DNA from: an uncultured delta proteobacterium
GTDB lineage: Bacteria > Bdellovibrionota > FAC87 > UBA2466
Direction: 5' to 3'
DNA length: 64,000 nt
NCBI GenBank assembly: GCA_963778115.1
Contig: CAVZSV010000004.1
Location: 1,312,001 to 1,376,000 of the forward strand
Shown: positions 30,328 to 39,650 of the stretch, piece after piece
Numbering within the stretch: position 1 is the stretch's first letter
How the letters are laid out: the number at the start of each line of letters is the position of its first letter
Program-made: the position numbers and the translations under genes
Notes under the pieces: model-generated
Databases searched by the model: none
What the model saw: the letters and a program-made list of their open reading frames with translations, nothing else
What the model was told of the DNA's origin: nothing

Positions 30328-31139
30328 AGGCTTTTAAACTACATCCCATTTTTGCCCTAGTCATCGCGGCCCATTCGTTGGCATTAGCCATTGCAATGGC
30401 AGAAGGAAATTCGCAGTTCATGTCGGCCATTCAGTTTGCCGTCCAGGAACCGACCCCTGAATTGCTGATGCGTTCTCAAGGGCTGGTTCGTCAGCAATTT
30501 ACGAAGAGCTTACAGAACTCTCCCGAGCTAGCGGCGGTTCCGTTTGAAATGAGAACTTTCGGCAACGAAGTGGTTTTTTATGTCATGACTCCCGATGATG
30601 TCGCGGTCCCCATGCAAGGGGCATTGGCTTCCATGATCCAGTCGCTTAATGGACGGGTGAGAAGCCGAGGACGATCTTCCTTTTATGCCACTCGCCCCAA
30701 CGAAGCGGTTGGCGGCTATTTAGAAACCGTCGTCAACGATACGCACACCCACGTGATGTCTATCAATGCACAATCGGTTCCGCTCAGAGATCTCTTGAAA
30801 CAGCTCAAAGGACAGCTTGGGGGATTAAGTTATGTCATCCCCGGTGATTGTGCTGAGAAACGAATCGACTGGAGTTTTGGGAGAGCCTCCGACGGGATGG
30901 CCGCGAAACCTAAGACCGTGGAAGCAGTCATGGACGAATTGGCGACAGCACTTAATCTTAAAGTGAAAAAAATAAACGATACGATGATCTTTAGCGGCCC
31001 CTGTGAAACGATTCCGGTAAGAAGAATGCCGGCTCCTCCGGCGGAACTTTTAACTACCGACTTTGCTCCTATCGGCCCTCCCACCGCTTATCCCCGCGCT
31101 CAACAGATTGTCTTTCCGGTAGTTCCTTTGGGCGAGTAA
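30324..31139 (+). CDS. Exported protein with an STN-like segment
   Basis: Signal peptide, then MSINAQSVPLRDLLKQL..GLSYVIP...TVEAVMDELATALNLKVKKINDTMIF. ATGA-coupled to the anti-sigma gene. Confidence 0.55.
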   Translation: MKAFKLHPIFALVIAAHSLALAIAMAEGNSQFMSAIQFAVQEPTPELLMRSQGLVRQQFTKSLQNSPELAAVPFEMRTFGNEVVFYVMTPDDVAVPMQGALASMIQSLNGRVRSRGRSSFYATRPNEAVGGYLETVVNDTHTHVMSINAQSVPLRDLLKQLKGQLGGLSYVIPGDCAEKRIDWSFGRASDGMAAKPKTVEAVMDELATALNLKVKKINDTMIFSGPCETIPVRRMPAPPAELLTTDFAPIGPPTAYPRAQQIVFPVVPLGE

Positions 31140-31145
31140 GAAAAA

Positions 31146-32120
31146 TTATCGTACGTAGGCCATATCGTTATATTGCATGAGGCCGCTACAATACCAAGTC
31201 CCGTTGTTTTCGTTTTTTCTCATGTCATAACAAAAAGAGGCGTTTCGTGCCGCCACCCCTTCGAATGGACGATTACCCCCGTCCATATGAAAGCGGTGTC
31301 CCGGACTTTGAAACCATCCCGGGTTTACACAATTGCGAGCCGCTTCCATTAGGGAACCGGGGTTGGGCCAAGACTCCGACGCAATTTCACTCACAATCCC
31401 GCCGGCTCGGACATATCTGCCGTCGAAACCTTGATGACCTTGAATACCGGTCGACGCCATCAGTTCGGCGTGCTCGGTCACTTCCTTGCAAAGCCTGGGA
31501 TTCATCGCCGAAAGAGGACTCTTGGCCTGCGGGCTTTCCAGTACCGCCAAGGTCAGCGCCAATTGAGTATCGGTCATGTTGGGATTGGTCCTTTTCCATT
31601 CTTGGATCCAATCCAAAAGTTTCTCTCTCGTAAAATCGGGCCCCTGGGCTCTTTGAATCTTTGCGATCTCTTCATCAGAATCAAGAACGTCTTTTAATTC
31701 CTGCGCGAGTTCAGCGGGTGTCCTTCCTCCGGAGGAGGGCAGCGCTCGTCCTGCTGAAGAGACGGGTAATACGGGAACCGAAGCACTTCTGGGATTTGGC
31801 GCCGCCGAAGCGGGGCCCCCATGAGTTGCGTCATCACCTCCGCCTGAACCTGCTGGCGCCGGCTGCAACCCGCCGGATCCCACTTCCATCGATCCCAAAT
31901 TTGCGTGGGGAAAACTTCCCGCAAAATTCGACGGAAAGAACGGCTGAAAATTACGAAATTGATTTGGCCAAAATAAGAAGCGCGGTGTGAAGCGGAATGA
32001 CGGCCGGAAGAAAAAACGAGAAAAGATTCCCCCAAAGGGACGAAATCGGGCTTCGCTGCGAACGGCACCCAATGCCATAAAAGCCACAACAATAATTAAG
32101 AGATGGTTCTTGCGACGCAT
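31146..32120 (-). CDS. Secreted CAP/SCP-domain protein with a low-complexity N-terminus
   Basis: Motifs EHAELMAS..QGHQGF, SEIASES and GWFQSPGHR. Confidence 0.75.
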   Translation of the reverse strand: MRRKNHLLIIVVAFMALGAVRSEARFRPFGGIFSRFFFRPSFRFTPRFLFWPNQFRNFQPFFPSNFAGSFPHANLGSMEVGSGGLQPAPAGSGGGDDATHGGPASAAPNPRSASVPVLPVSSAGRALPSSGGRTPAELAQELKDVLDSDEEIAKIQRAQGPDFTREKLLDWIQEWKRTNPNMTDTQLALTLAVLESPQAKSPLSAMNPRLCKEVTEHAELMASTGIQGHQGFDGRYVRAGGIVSEIASESWPNPGSLMEAARNCVNPGWFQSPGHRFHMDGGNRPFEGVAARNASFCYDMRKNENNGTWYCSGLMQYNDMAYVR

Positions 32121-32516
32121 GATCTCTCCAGTGAAATACCCAAACTATTAGATCCGTAAGATCATGCAAAGGGAATACCCGGGGAGCCGCACAGAGAGAA
32201 CACAGAGGTAATCGATTGAGATCGCAGAGCAAGGGCAAAACAGTCGCTGCATCGTATTCTGTCTGCGTACGCGTCACTATGGCCTACAGGAGAATACGCT
32301 GTGTTCACCCGTTACCCTCTTTCTCTTAAAAGTTTGCGATTAAACAATACCGATAGTTTAGGTAACCGACCTTTTGGAGGATCTTAAGCTTGAAGTACTC
32401 CATGTCTTTGTAGCCATAGGCCTGCCATTTAAGGCCCTTGATGGCGCGATTAATACCCTCTGAAAGGCCTGTGGTGACAGGGAAGCGGAAGTCGCTTCCC
32501 CTCGTAAAGTGGATGG

Positions 32517-33425
32517 TTAGTTAAGCAACTGACCTTGTTCCGGTCTGTTCTTCCCCCGGCATTGGTCCATCCAAGCTTTCCCAAAAAACTTATCCGCCTC
32601 CAGCTGATTATGCGTACTACACAGCCACCTCACATTCCTCGATTCATGTTTACCTCCCACGGCCCACGGAATGATGTGGTCATTTTCCGCAAAGCGTTTT
32701 GCCCCACACCGAACCCCTGAGGGCGACACGTAACAGCACCCCTCGTATTTTTCTTTGACCTCGTTTTTGATTGCCTGGGGAAGATGGCGGCTCTGTGGTG
32801 AAGAAGAGGTTTGCTTTGTGTGTCTAGCTTTTTTGGGAGCATGTTTTTGAAGAAGCGCATCCAGCGCGTCATTGAAGATGTCTTCTAGTCTGGCCTTGGG
32901 GTGCTTGTGAGAGAGGATAGCCTTAGCTTTTTCTACTTTCTCAGCAAAGGCTTTCGACGCACTAAACGTAATGTTCACCTGGTCGATATTGATAGGCGAG
33001 ATACGGCTATGAACACTGTCTTCTACCGCAGCCTTGGGATAATACTTCACAATGATTTCTTTGATTTTACTGACCGACTTTCCCGAACACTCTTCTAAAA
33101 GCCTCTGGTTATTACTTTGATTTAAATGCGGAGCTAGAACGGAGAGTGCGGTTATCGAAGTTTTGTTATTCTCAAGATACCAATAAATCCTAGGGTACTT
33201 AATGGCACACCTTGCGACTTGAATGCGCTTCAGAGCGGTCGGCTCTGAATATCCCATCTCCTTCACTAAAAACCAACACAAAGAAGAATACCCTTCTACC
33301 GCAAAAATCTTTCGCTGCTCTATCACAGCTAGGTACGCTAATACCTGCGCTTGAATCTTTCTTTCGGCTTTTACTGACCGACGGAATCGACTTACTAACT
33401 CACTATCGTTTAAAGAAAGGGCTAT
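32517..33425 (-). CDS. HNH endonuclease with a long helical N-terminal domain; no canonical start codon
   Basis: C-terminal C..RC...DHIIPWAVGG...N..LCSTHN. The frame stays open upstream of GTG 33326 (LNDSELVSRF..AERK) to an ATA at 33425 behind GGAG. Confidence 0.8.
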   Translation of the reverse strand: MALSLNDSELVSRFRRSVKAERKIQAQVLAYLAVIEQRKIFAVEGYSSLCWFLVKEMGYSEPTALKRIQVARCAIKYPRIYWYLENNKTSITALSVLAPHLNQSNNQRLLEECSGKSVSKIKEIIVKYYPKAAVEDSVHSRISPINIDQVNITFSASKAFAEKVEKAKAILSHKHPKARLEDIFNDALDALLQKHAPKKARHTKQTSSSPQSRHLPQAIKNEVKEKYEGCCYVSPSGVRCGAKRFAENDHIIPWAVGGKHESRNVRWLCSTHNQLEADKFFGKAWMDQCRGKNRPEQGQLLN

Positions 33426-33708
33426 AAAATCTTGTCTCCACCTACAAACCTCCGTGTTGTCTGATTTCTAACACGGGTTTTTGGAGTGACTTTTTTTGCG
33501 GTATTTACGTCACTGCAACATGATTCGAATCATGTGAGGAGCCCAGGTGATTACCCAAAAAACAATCTCGTAGCGTCGAAGGAAACGAAGAGGAGCGTGG
33601 TTTATTTACCAGCGGACAAGTCATGACTCCCATAACCCGATTCTTTGACGAATCGTGTCAATCATAATTTGTCCAACGCATCCTATTTTTTTTCTCTTCC
33701 TTCTCGGA

Positions 33709-34089
33709 TTTTTGGGTTTGGGGCTTACGGTCCCTTTGGCGTTGGGGTGCGCAAGAGTTGTTTATTCAAGAACGTCTAACCTGTGCCGTCGCTCCGCTCA
33801 GGAAAAGTTTTACCTTCCGACGCTGGTGCTTGGGTGATGACTAGTGCATGGACCTCGTTCTGTAATTTGAGACGGGCCTTCCTAGGAGTCCCTGCTTTCT
33901 TTTGTGCGAGGCCGTTATGAAGACGGAGGAGTGAGAAGATTGTTCTGTCGCTGGCGCTTTCGTTTTTTTTCTCTTTATTTTCGGATCTCGGACCGGGATT
34001 ATTTTTTTGCCGTCGCGCGGCGGATAAATTGGTTTTCTTTTTTTGGGTTTGGGGGTTTACGGCCCTTTGGCGTGGGGATGCGCAAGAGT
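33709..34089. repeat. Imperfect ~50-bp direct repeat pair (33709-33758 and 34040-34089)
   Basis: TTTTTGGGTTTGGGG-TTACGG-CCCTTTGGCGT-GGG-TGCGCAAGAGT occurs twice. Confidence 0.8.
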
Positions 34090-34275
34090 GGGTTAGCACC
34101 GTTCCATGCCGCCGCCGCACCCTACCTCTGGGTTTCCCTCAACGGTGTTCTCGACCGCAAACGTCATTCGGAAAGAACCCACCCGTTATATTAAATTTAA
34201 ACTTAAATTTAAATTTAAGTTTAGGTAAAGGGGGTGCTATACGGGGTAAAACTACGGTCCTCGAAGGGAGAAGCC

Positions 34276-35805
34276 ATGCGCTTTCTGATTTTATTTCTTG
34301 CTCTATTGCTCACTACGACAGCCTTTACCGTACACGGAGCCTCCATCAAATCCGTGGGGTCCGTAGTTGTCCTGGAACAGGCAGGCCGGGAAATGGTGCG
34401 ATCGCTCGATCTTTGGGAGTGGGAAGTCCGATGGAAGGCCGAAAAATCGAAACTTTCGATTCAACTCAATACGGAACTTTCCGCTGAAGACATAGCCCGA
34501 CAAAAAGTCCAACTCTTACTGGATACTTCAGTCGATGCCTTCTATGAGTTCCCCCATGCCTTGGAGTATGTGATTGCTGAATTTGAATTACTTGATCCTT
34601 CGGCCAAGCTTCACGAGTCCGAACACAAGCATCTCGAATTTTTGCCGAAGGGTCACATTAAACCCGTTTTAAACATCGATTCCAAAAACCGGATCCTCTT
34701 GGACGGTCAGTACTGGGAGGCCCTAAAGGACTCTCCTGTAGATCGGGCCGAAATCTATCTCAGATCCGCGATCTCGCTCCTTCCCGCGTTTGAGACCTCG
34801 GAGGAATTTGAATCGCCTCTGGTCGGAAAGTTAGCGGCTCATCTCCTGAGCACCCTCTCTCCCGATGATTTTAAGATGTGGTACCGAAAGCACTTCACCC
34901 CGTATCAGGCGGTCCCCGGAAAGCAAAAGTATCCCACCTATACCAAACGAGCCCGAACCCTTCGCGATTGGTATCAGGCGAATTTCGTCTACGTTTCCCA
35001 AGCGGGAACCATGGCTAAGGCGGAAGCTTTGGCGCTAAAGGACCTGGAATCTAAGTGCACTGACTGGAAGGTGAGACAACTCTCGTCTGATTTAGCAAAG
35101 CAAAGTCGGTATTTTTACGCAACTTGCGGCAATCCCGGCGCAGATTTATTGGCCGCAGGTAAGTCGCAAGGTTATCGTGCTTCAGCCAACGGCTATATCT
35201 TTCTAGAGCCCCTTAGCAATGCCAATGTGGTTCAAGGAACTATCCGAACTTCTCTTTTACTTTATTCCGATCCGGAACAGTCAGCACAGTTCGTGACGCT
35301 GAATAGGCTCCAAACCCGCTGCGATCAGTGGAAAGAAGAATTTAAAGCGAAGTGGGGCGAAAAATTGCTCTTTGTCACGTGCGGAATGCCGATGGTAAAG
35401 ACCGTAGATATTAACCAGCGCTTTTCGCGCTATCAAAACTATCAGAATCAAGGGGGCGCCCAAGCTTTATCGACGACCCAATTGCTCATAGCAGTGCCCG
35501 ACGAAACTCCCAGCGAAATCCAGGAAGAACAGACCATCAATAGTTCGATAACCCACTCGGCCTATGCCAGTTTGTCCGAGGATGTCTCTGACGTCGTAAA
35601 ATTGTTTAACGATTGGAACGACGCTTGCCTCAATTTTCGAGCTCGCCAACAAAGATACTGGGGAGACCGCCTGCTCTACGTCACCTGCGATAAGGGCAAT
35701 ACCCTAGACCTTCAATTCTCAGGGGGAGATGCTTACTCGGGCAAGGCCACCTTGAGTTACTCGACCCAAGGGGGAGTCTACCTATTGCCCGAGCCGGCCA
35801 ACTAA
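34276..35805 (+). CDS. Secreted protein with three Cys-containing repeats
   Basis: Signal peptide and GGGAG RBS. Repeats: KCTDWK..YATCG, RCDQWK..FVTCG and ACLNFR..YVTCD. Confidence 0.8.
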   Translation: MRFLILFLALLLTTTAFTVHGASIKSVGSVVVLEQAGREMVRSLDLWEWEVRWKAEKSKLSIQLNTELSAEDIARQKVQLLLDTSVDAFYEFPHALEYVIAEFELLDPSAKLHESEHKHLEFLPKGHIKPVLNIDSKNRILLDGQYWEALKDSPVDRAEIYLRSAISLLPAFETSEEFESPLVGKLAAHLLSTLSPDDFKMWYRKHFTPYQAVPGKQKYPTYTKRARTLRDWYQANFVYVSQAGTMAKAEALALKDLESKCTDWKVRQLSSDLAKQSRYFYATCGNPGADLLAAGKSQGYRASANGYIFLEPLSNANVVQGTIRTSLLLYSDPEQSAQFVTLNRLQTRCDQWKEEFKAKWGEKLLFVTCGMPMVKTVDINQRFSRYQNYQNQGGAQALSTTQLLIAVPDETPSEIQEEQTINSSITHSAYASLSEDVSDVVKLFNDWNDACLNFRARQQRYWGDRLLYVTCDKGNTLDLQFSGGDAYSGKATLSYSTQGGVYLLPEPAN

Positions 35806-35876
35806 AGAGAGTGTCGCCTCATACTCCCTAGTTGCCATTAGCCCCAAAAAGTCGTATTTAAAGGCCTTCTTTGTTC

Positions 35877-35950
35877 GCGGGACTAGCTCAATTGGCTAGA
35901 GCGCCACCTTGCCAAGGTGGAGGTTGCGGGTTCGAGACCCGTGTCCCGCT
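35877..35950 (+). tRNA. tRNA-Gly (GCC), CCA not encoded
   Basis: Cloverleaf: GCGGGAC/GTCCCGC acceptor stem, GCTC/GAGC D arm, CCACC-TTGCCAA-GGTGG anticodon arm, GCGGG-TTCGAGA-CCCGT T arm. Confidence 0.97.
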
Positions 35951-35993
35951 AATAAAAAAGGCGAGTCACCAGACTCGCCTTTTTTATTAGCGG
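35946..35993. terminator. 22-bp perfect hairpin, probable bidirectional intrinsic terminator
   Basis: CCGCTAATAAAAAAGGCGAGTC-acca-GACTCGCCTTTTTTATTAGCGG. Confidence 0.8.
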
Positions 35994-36803
35994 TTTGAGA
36001 TAAAGCCGGAATGAATTTATTCATTCCGGCAGTCCTTCCACGGGTCGAGAAGGGAAGCCCCGAAACCAACTTCAAATACTCCGAAGCGAACAATCCGGGG
36101 ATTCCCCGGCTGTCTGCAGCGGTCCCTAGGACCGCGAAAGACAGACCCTATGTCCCCGCTAGCGCGAGTCACCAGACTCGCCTTTTTTATTAGCGGTTTG
36201 AGATAAAGCCGGAATGAATTTATTCATTCCGGCAGTCCTTCCACGGGTCGAGAAGGGAAGCCCCGAAACCAACTTCAAATACTCCGAAGCGAACAATCCG
36301 GGGATTCCCCGGCTGTCTGCAGCGGTCCCTAGGACCGCGAAAGACAGACCCTATGTCCCCGCTAGCGCGAGTCACCAGACTCGCCTTTTTTATTAGCGGT
36401 TTGAGATAAAGCCGGAATGAATTTATTCATTCCGGCAGTCCTTCCACGGGTCGAGAAGGGAAGCCCCGAAACCAACTTCAAATACTCCGAAGCGAACAAT
36501 CCGGGGATTCCCCGGCTGTCTGCAGCGGTCCCTAGGACCGCGAAAGACAGACCCTATGTCCCCGCTAGCGCGAGTCACCACACTCGCCTTTCTTATTAGC
36601 GGTTTGAGATAAAGCCGGAATGAATTTATTCATTCCGGCAGTCCTTCCACGGGTCGAGAAGGAAAGCCCCGAAACCAACTTCAAATACTCCGAAGCGAAC
36701 AATCCGGGGATTCCCCGGCTGTCTGCAGCGGTCCCTGGGACCGCGAAAGACAGACCCTATGTCCCCGCTAGCGCGAGTCACCACACTCGCCTTTTTTATT
36801 AGC
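35961..36803 (+). repeat. tRNA-linked tandem array: four 203-bp units plus a ~31-bp partial unit
   Basis: Units start at 35961, 36164, 36367, 36570 and 36773. Units 1-3 look identical by eye; unit 4 has four substitutions. Confidence 0.97.
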
Positions 36804-36871
36804 CCTCTATTTTCGATTCTCGATTTTCAGTCTCATTGCCCTTACCGCGCGGTACTTATGCATGGGGATTG

Positions 36872-36905
36872 CTTCCTCCTACGCCAAGGCTACGACGGAC
36901 AAGTC
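36872..36905. repeat. REP-like palindromic repeat, copy 2
   Basis: Its reverse complement GACTTGTCCGTCGTAGCCTTGGCGTAGGAGG matches 5191-5222. Confidence 0.65.
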
Positions 36906-36920
36906 GCTCCTGCTTTCTTT

Positions 36921-37025
36921 GTCATTGCGAGCAGGCCGAAGGCCGACGTGGCAACCTGTAAGCGTAGTGGCACGGATGTCATCACCAGCACGGACTACAG
37001 ATTGCTTCGGCTTCGCCCCAATGAC
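36921..37025. repeat. GTCATTGCG...CAATGAC palindromic element (RPE/REP-like)
   Basis: Terminal inverted repeat GTCATTG/CAATGAC with internal GTGGCAAC and GATTGCTTCG motifs. Confidence 0.55.
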
Positions 37026-37036
37026 ATCTTTGTCGA

Positions 37037-38800
37037 CTACTTTTTCCCCCGCGCCTCTTCCTCAATGTAATCGATATCGATATAGTCCTGATGGTTGTTC
37101 GTGACGAGGACCGCCCCTCTGGGCGTGTTGGCCACGGTGGTGCCAAATAATATTTGAAAGGACGGACTTGGCGCCAGTAAAGGCTTTTTCACCTGCTGTT
37201 CAAAAGATAGGGTGCTGTCGATCAGGCGAATATCAGAGCCGGCATACATTCCGGGCGAAAGAAATTTGGTATCCGAACCAGGCACGCGCAGGAGATGGAC
37301 GTTATCAATGATGCCTATCGTCGCTGGTGTCCCATAAGTATCTCCGGAGGTTGGAATGGACTTGAGATGACTGCCCTCTTTAAAAAATAGTAGCTTCCCT
37401 AGCCTGTCAAACCCGTAAGTTTCATACCCTTTGACAGCCCGCCAGAGTCGATAATCTTGCCCCGGTTTTTCCAATCCTCTTAGATCGAGCACTTCTCCCG
37501 GCCGAGACATAACCAAAGATTGAAGGTTGAGAACAATCACGTGTTTGCTATCGGTGATCGCCACATAGTGCGAAGAATCCACTCGAGAAGAAGACATCGC
37601 AAATCCACCGGAGAGGAGTACCTCGGCGGTCCTTCCCTCTTCAAAGAGATCCCATGCCCGAAGTCGCGATTCTTTCTCTTTGGTCTCGTCGATGCGAACC
37701 ACGTATCGACCATTACCAGTAATTAACGGCTCTCCTCGAACGGAAAACCTCCCCTCTGTTGCCTCTTTGGGGAGTAAAACGGTTCTTTGTTTATCCCCCA
37801 AGAAATAAAGAACCCCTTGATCATAGTCGGAGTGCAATCGCCCCTCCACCACAACGGTTTTCCCATCCGGATGTTGCCATGCCCTGTTGGCGTACGTCGT
37901 ATTAATTCCAACGCTTCGACGCTGATTGGTGCGTTGGTTCCAAAGAACCGCGATACCGCTGGACGACAAAAGCATATTGTCCTGATCTATAAAAAGGACG
38001 GTACTCGACCCGTGGTCAAATAAGGAACCCGTTTCCAGATCCAAACTGTAGGTCCGGCCGATCGAATACCCAGTTCCCGTCTTTTCCGAAGAAGTTCCTT
38101 CGAAAGTGATCCGCTTGCCGTCACTACTGAGCATTAGATCGTGTACCCGACTCACTTGCGAGGGGATGGGAATTCTAACCCGCGTCTCCGTTGCCTTCTG
38201 CTTGCGATAAGCGGCGTATAGAACGGTTGCAATCTGGTCGAAGTAAGGATGATCTTTGGGCGTCACGGTAGGGTAGGCAATATGGCCGGCTTCGTGGATG
38301 GCAAGACCGAATGCTTTCTCCGCCGTAAACCCTTCGCCCACGTTGACCGCGGGATAGCTTAGCTCAATGTGCGAAGTTTTCTCGTCGGTTACCACCTTAG
38401 CGGCAACCTGTTTATTGTCTTCGAGTAAGATCTCCATGGTCTCTTTGGCGAGATCCGGTTCGCTAATGACTCGCTTTAAGGCATCCAACCAAGCGCTCCG
38501 GTGTTTTACATAGAATTGGATAAGATTGGCCTCGGTCGGAGCGGCATCCTGAGTAATATCGGTCGACTCCATTGCTTCCAGTGCTAGCCTCGCGCCATTC
38601 TTGAAAGTAAAGACCAGCGTCCCACCGCCACCCATGGTTCCCACCGAACCACCGGAAGCCGATAACTGTGGAGCAGGGGCTAGCGATCTTCCACCGCCGT
38701 TTCCGCTTCCCCCTCCGCCGCCCCCCCCACTTGGGGCCGGAGTTCCGCAGGCTGATAACAACAAGACCACTAGTCCTGAAATCACTACTTTCGCTTTCAT
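37037..38800 (-). CDS. Lipoprotein with an HExxH motif and a probable beta-propeller C-terminus
   Basis: LLSAC lipobox, Gly linker, AIHEAGH, and repeated SSDGKRITF/HPDGKTVV/TGNGRYVV strands. Confidence 0.75.
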   Translation of the reverse strand: MKAKVVISGLVVLLLSACGTPAPSGGGGGGGSGNGGGRSLAPAPQLSASGGSVGTMGGGGTLVFTFKNGARLALEAMESTDITQDAAPTEANLIQFYVKHRSAWLDALKRVISEPDLAKETMEILLEDNKQVAAKVVTDEKTSHIELSYPAVNVGEGFTAEKAFGLAIHEAGHIAYPTVTPKDHPYFDQIATVLYAAYRKQKATETRVRIPIPSQVSRVHDLMLSSDGKRITFEGTSSEKTGTGYSIGRTYSLDLETGSLFDHGSSTVLFIDQDNMLLSSSGIAVLWNQRTNQRRSVGINTTYANRAWQHPDGKTVVVEGRLHSDYDQGVLYFLGDKQRTVLLPKEATEGRFSVRGEPLITGNGRYVVRIDETKEKESRLRAWDLFEEGRTAEVLLSGGFAMSSSRVDSSHYVAITDSKHVIVLNLQSLVMSRPGEVLDLRGLEKPGQDYRLWRAVKGYETYGFDRLGKLLFFKEGSHLKSIPTSGDTYGTPATIGIIDNVHLLRVPGSDTKFLSPGMYAGSDIRLIDSTLSFEQQVKKPLLAPSPSFQILFGTTVANTPRGAVLVTNNHQDYIDIDYIEEEARGKK

Positions 38801-39609
38801 CGTTTCTCTCCTTCGGTCACTCGAAACAGTTGAACATTGAGGTGGTACACCTCGGTTTTTTTCTTTCCCTTATCGAAAAGATCTACTAACTCCCCCATGA
38901 ACTTTCGGATTCTCTTTTGTGCATCCGGAATCTGCGCGATATCGATAGCAAAGGTCTCAGACCCTATTACCTTTTCTTTGGGCGTTTGAGTTTCAATAGA
39001 AGCCATCGCCTTTTCGAGCATTTGCCGGTGAAACTTTCTCAGCCCTTCGTGAGCCATTTTGGACTCAAAGAGCGAATACTCGTGAATCCGCTGGTAGTGG
39101 CCCTTGTCGTCTTTTTTCAAAAGTTCAAGCCTTTCGAGCCGCTCTATAGCAGCGCGCGCTTCGACCGGCGAAATCCCCAGCCGCTCTGAGATCCGTTCTG
39201 GAGTAAATTCTTTGGCGCCTAATTCGGTCATGACGAGAATCGGAATGTGATACCAGCTCGAGATTGCGGTAAACACATCGAGACTCAGGTCGACGACTCT
39301 TTTTGGTCGTATGGACTGCAACCTTTCAAAATGCTCTTGGCGGGTTCTCGGGGTGGTAGCCGACTGGTACTGAACGAGAAGGCAGAAATAATCCCGCTCG
39401 ATTCCTTCAAGCTCCAGCTTTTCGGCAATTGAGATCGCTTTTTCGAAAGAGAAATTCTTCTTTCCTTTGCTTACTACTTCGGAAAATAGCGAAGGAGCCA
39501 TGCCGAGCGACTTCGCCATTGAGCGAAGGCTATACCGAGGGTTCCGGCTGATTCTCTCGGCGAGAACGCTCCTCAAAAAGGCCCTATAGTCTGTAAATTC
39601 CAAAATCAC
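38797..39609 (-). CDS. TIGR02147/DUF4423 family HTH protein
   Basis: DYRAFLR..L.ERI.RNPRYSLRSMAK.LG, ISSWYHIPIL, RKFHRQML and VYHLNVQLF. Confidence 0.88.
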   Translation of the reverse strand: MILEFTDYRAFLRSVLAERISRNPRYSLRSMAKSLGMAPSLFSEVVSKGKKNFSFEKAISIAEKLELEGIERDYFCLLVQYQSATTPRTRQEHFERLQSIRPKRVVDLSLDVFTAISSWYHIPILVMTELGAKEFTPERISERLGISPVEARAAIERLERLELLKKDDKGHYQRIHEYSLFESKMAHEGLRKFHRQMLEKAMASIETQTPKEKVIGSETFAIDIAQIPDAQKRIRKFMGELVDLFDKGKKKTEVYHLNVQLFRVTEGEKR

Positions 39610-39650
39610 GGGCTGGGATATATCGCGGAGTGTCGAGTGAGATCAAGGGG

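Noticed and set aside
33655..34487. Several short ORFs in the HNH upstream region
   Set aside because: They are low-complexity F/G/K-rich translations of T-runs that overlap each other.
36011..36802. Four 60-aa ORFs (MNLFIPAVLP...)
   Set aside because: They are by-products of the DNA repeat. The ATG sits inside a hairpin, there is no clear RBS, and the ORFs run through terminator-like stems.
35961..36803. CRISPR or other guide array
   Set aside because: The units are 203 bp and near-identical, with no unique spacers and no cas genes in the window.
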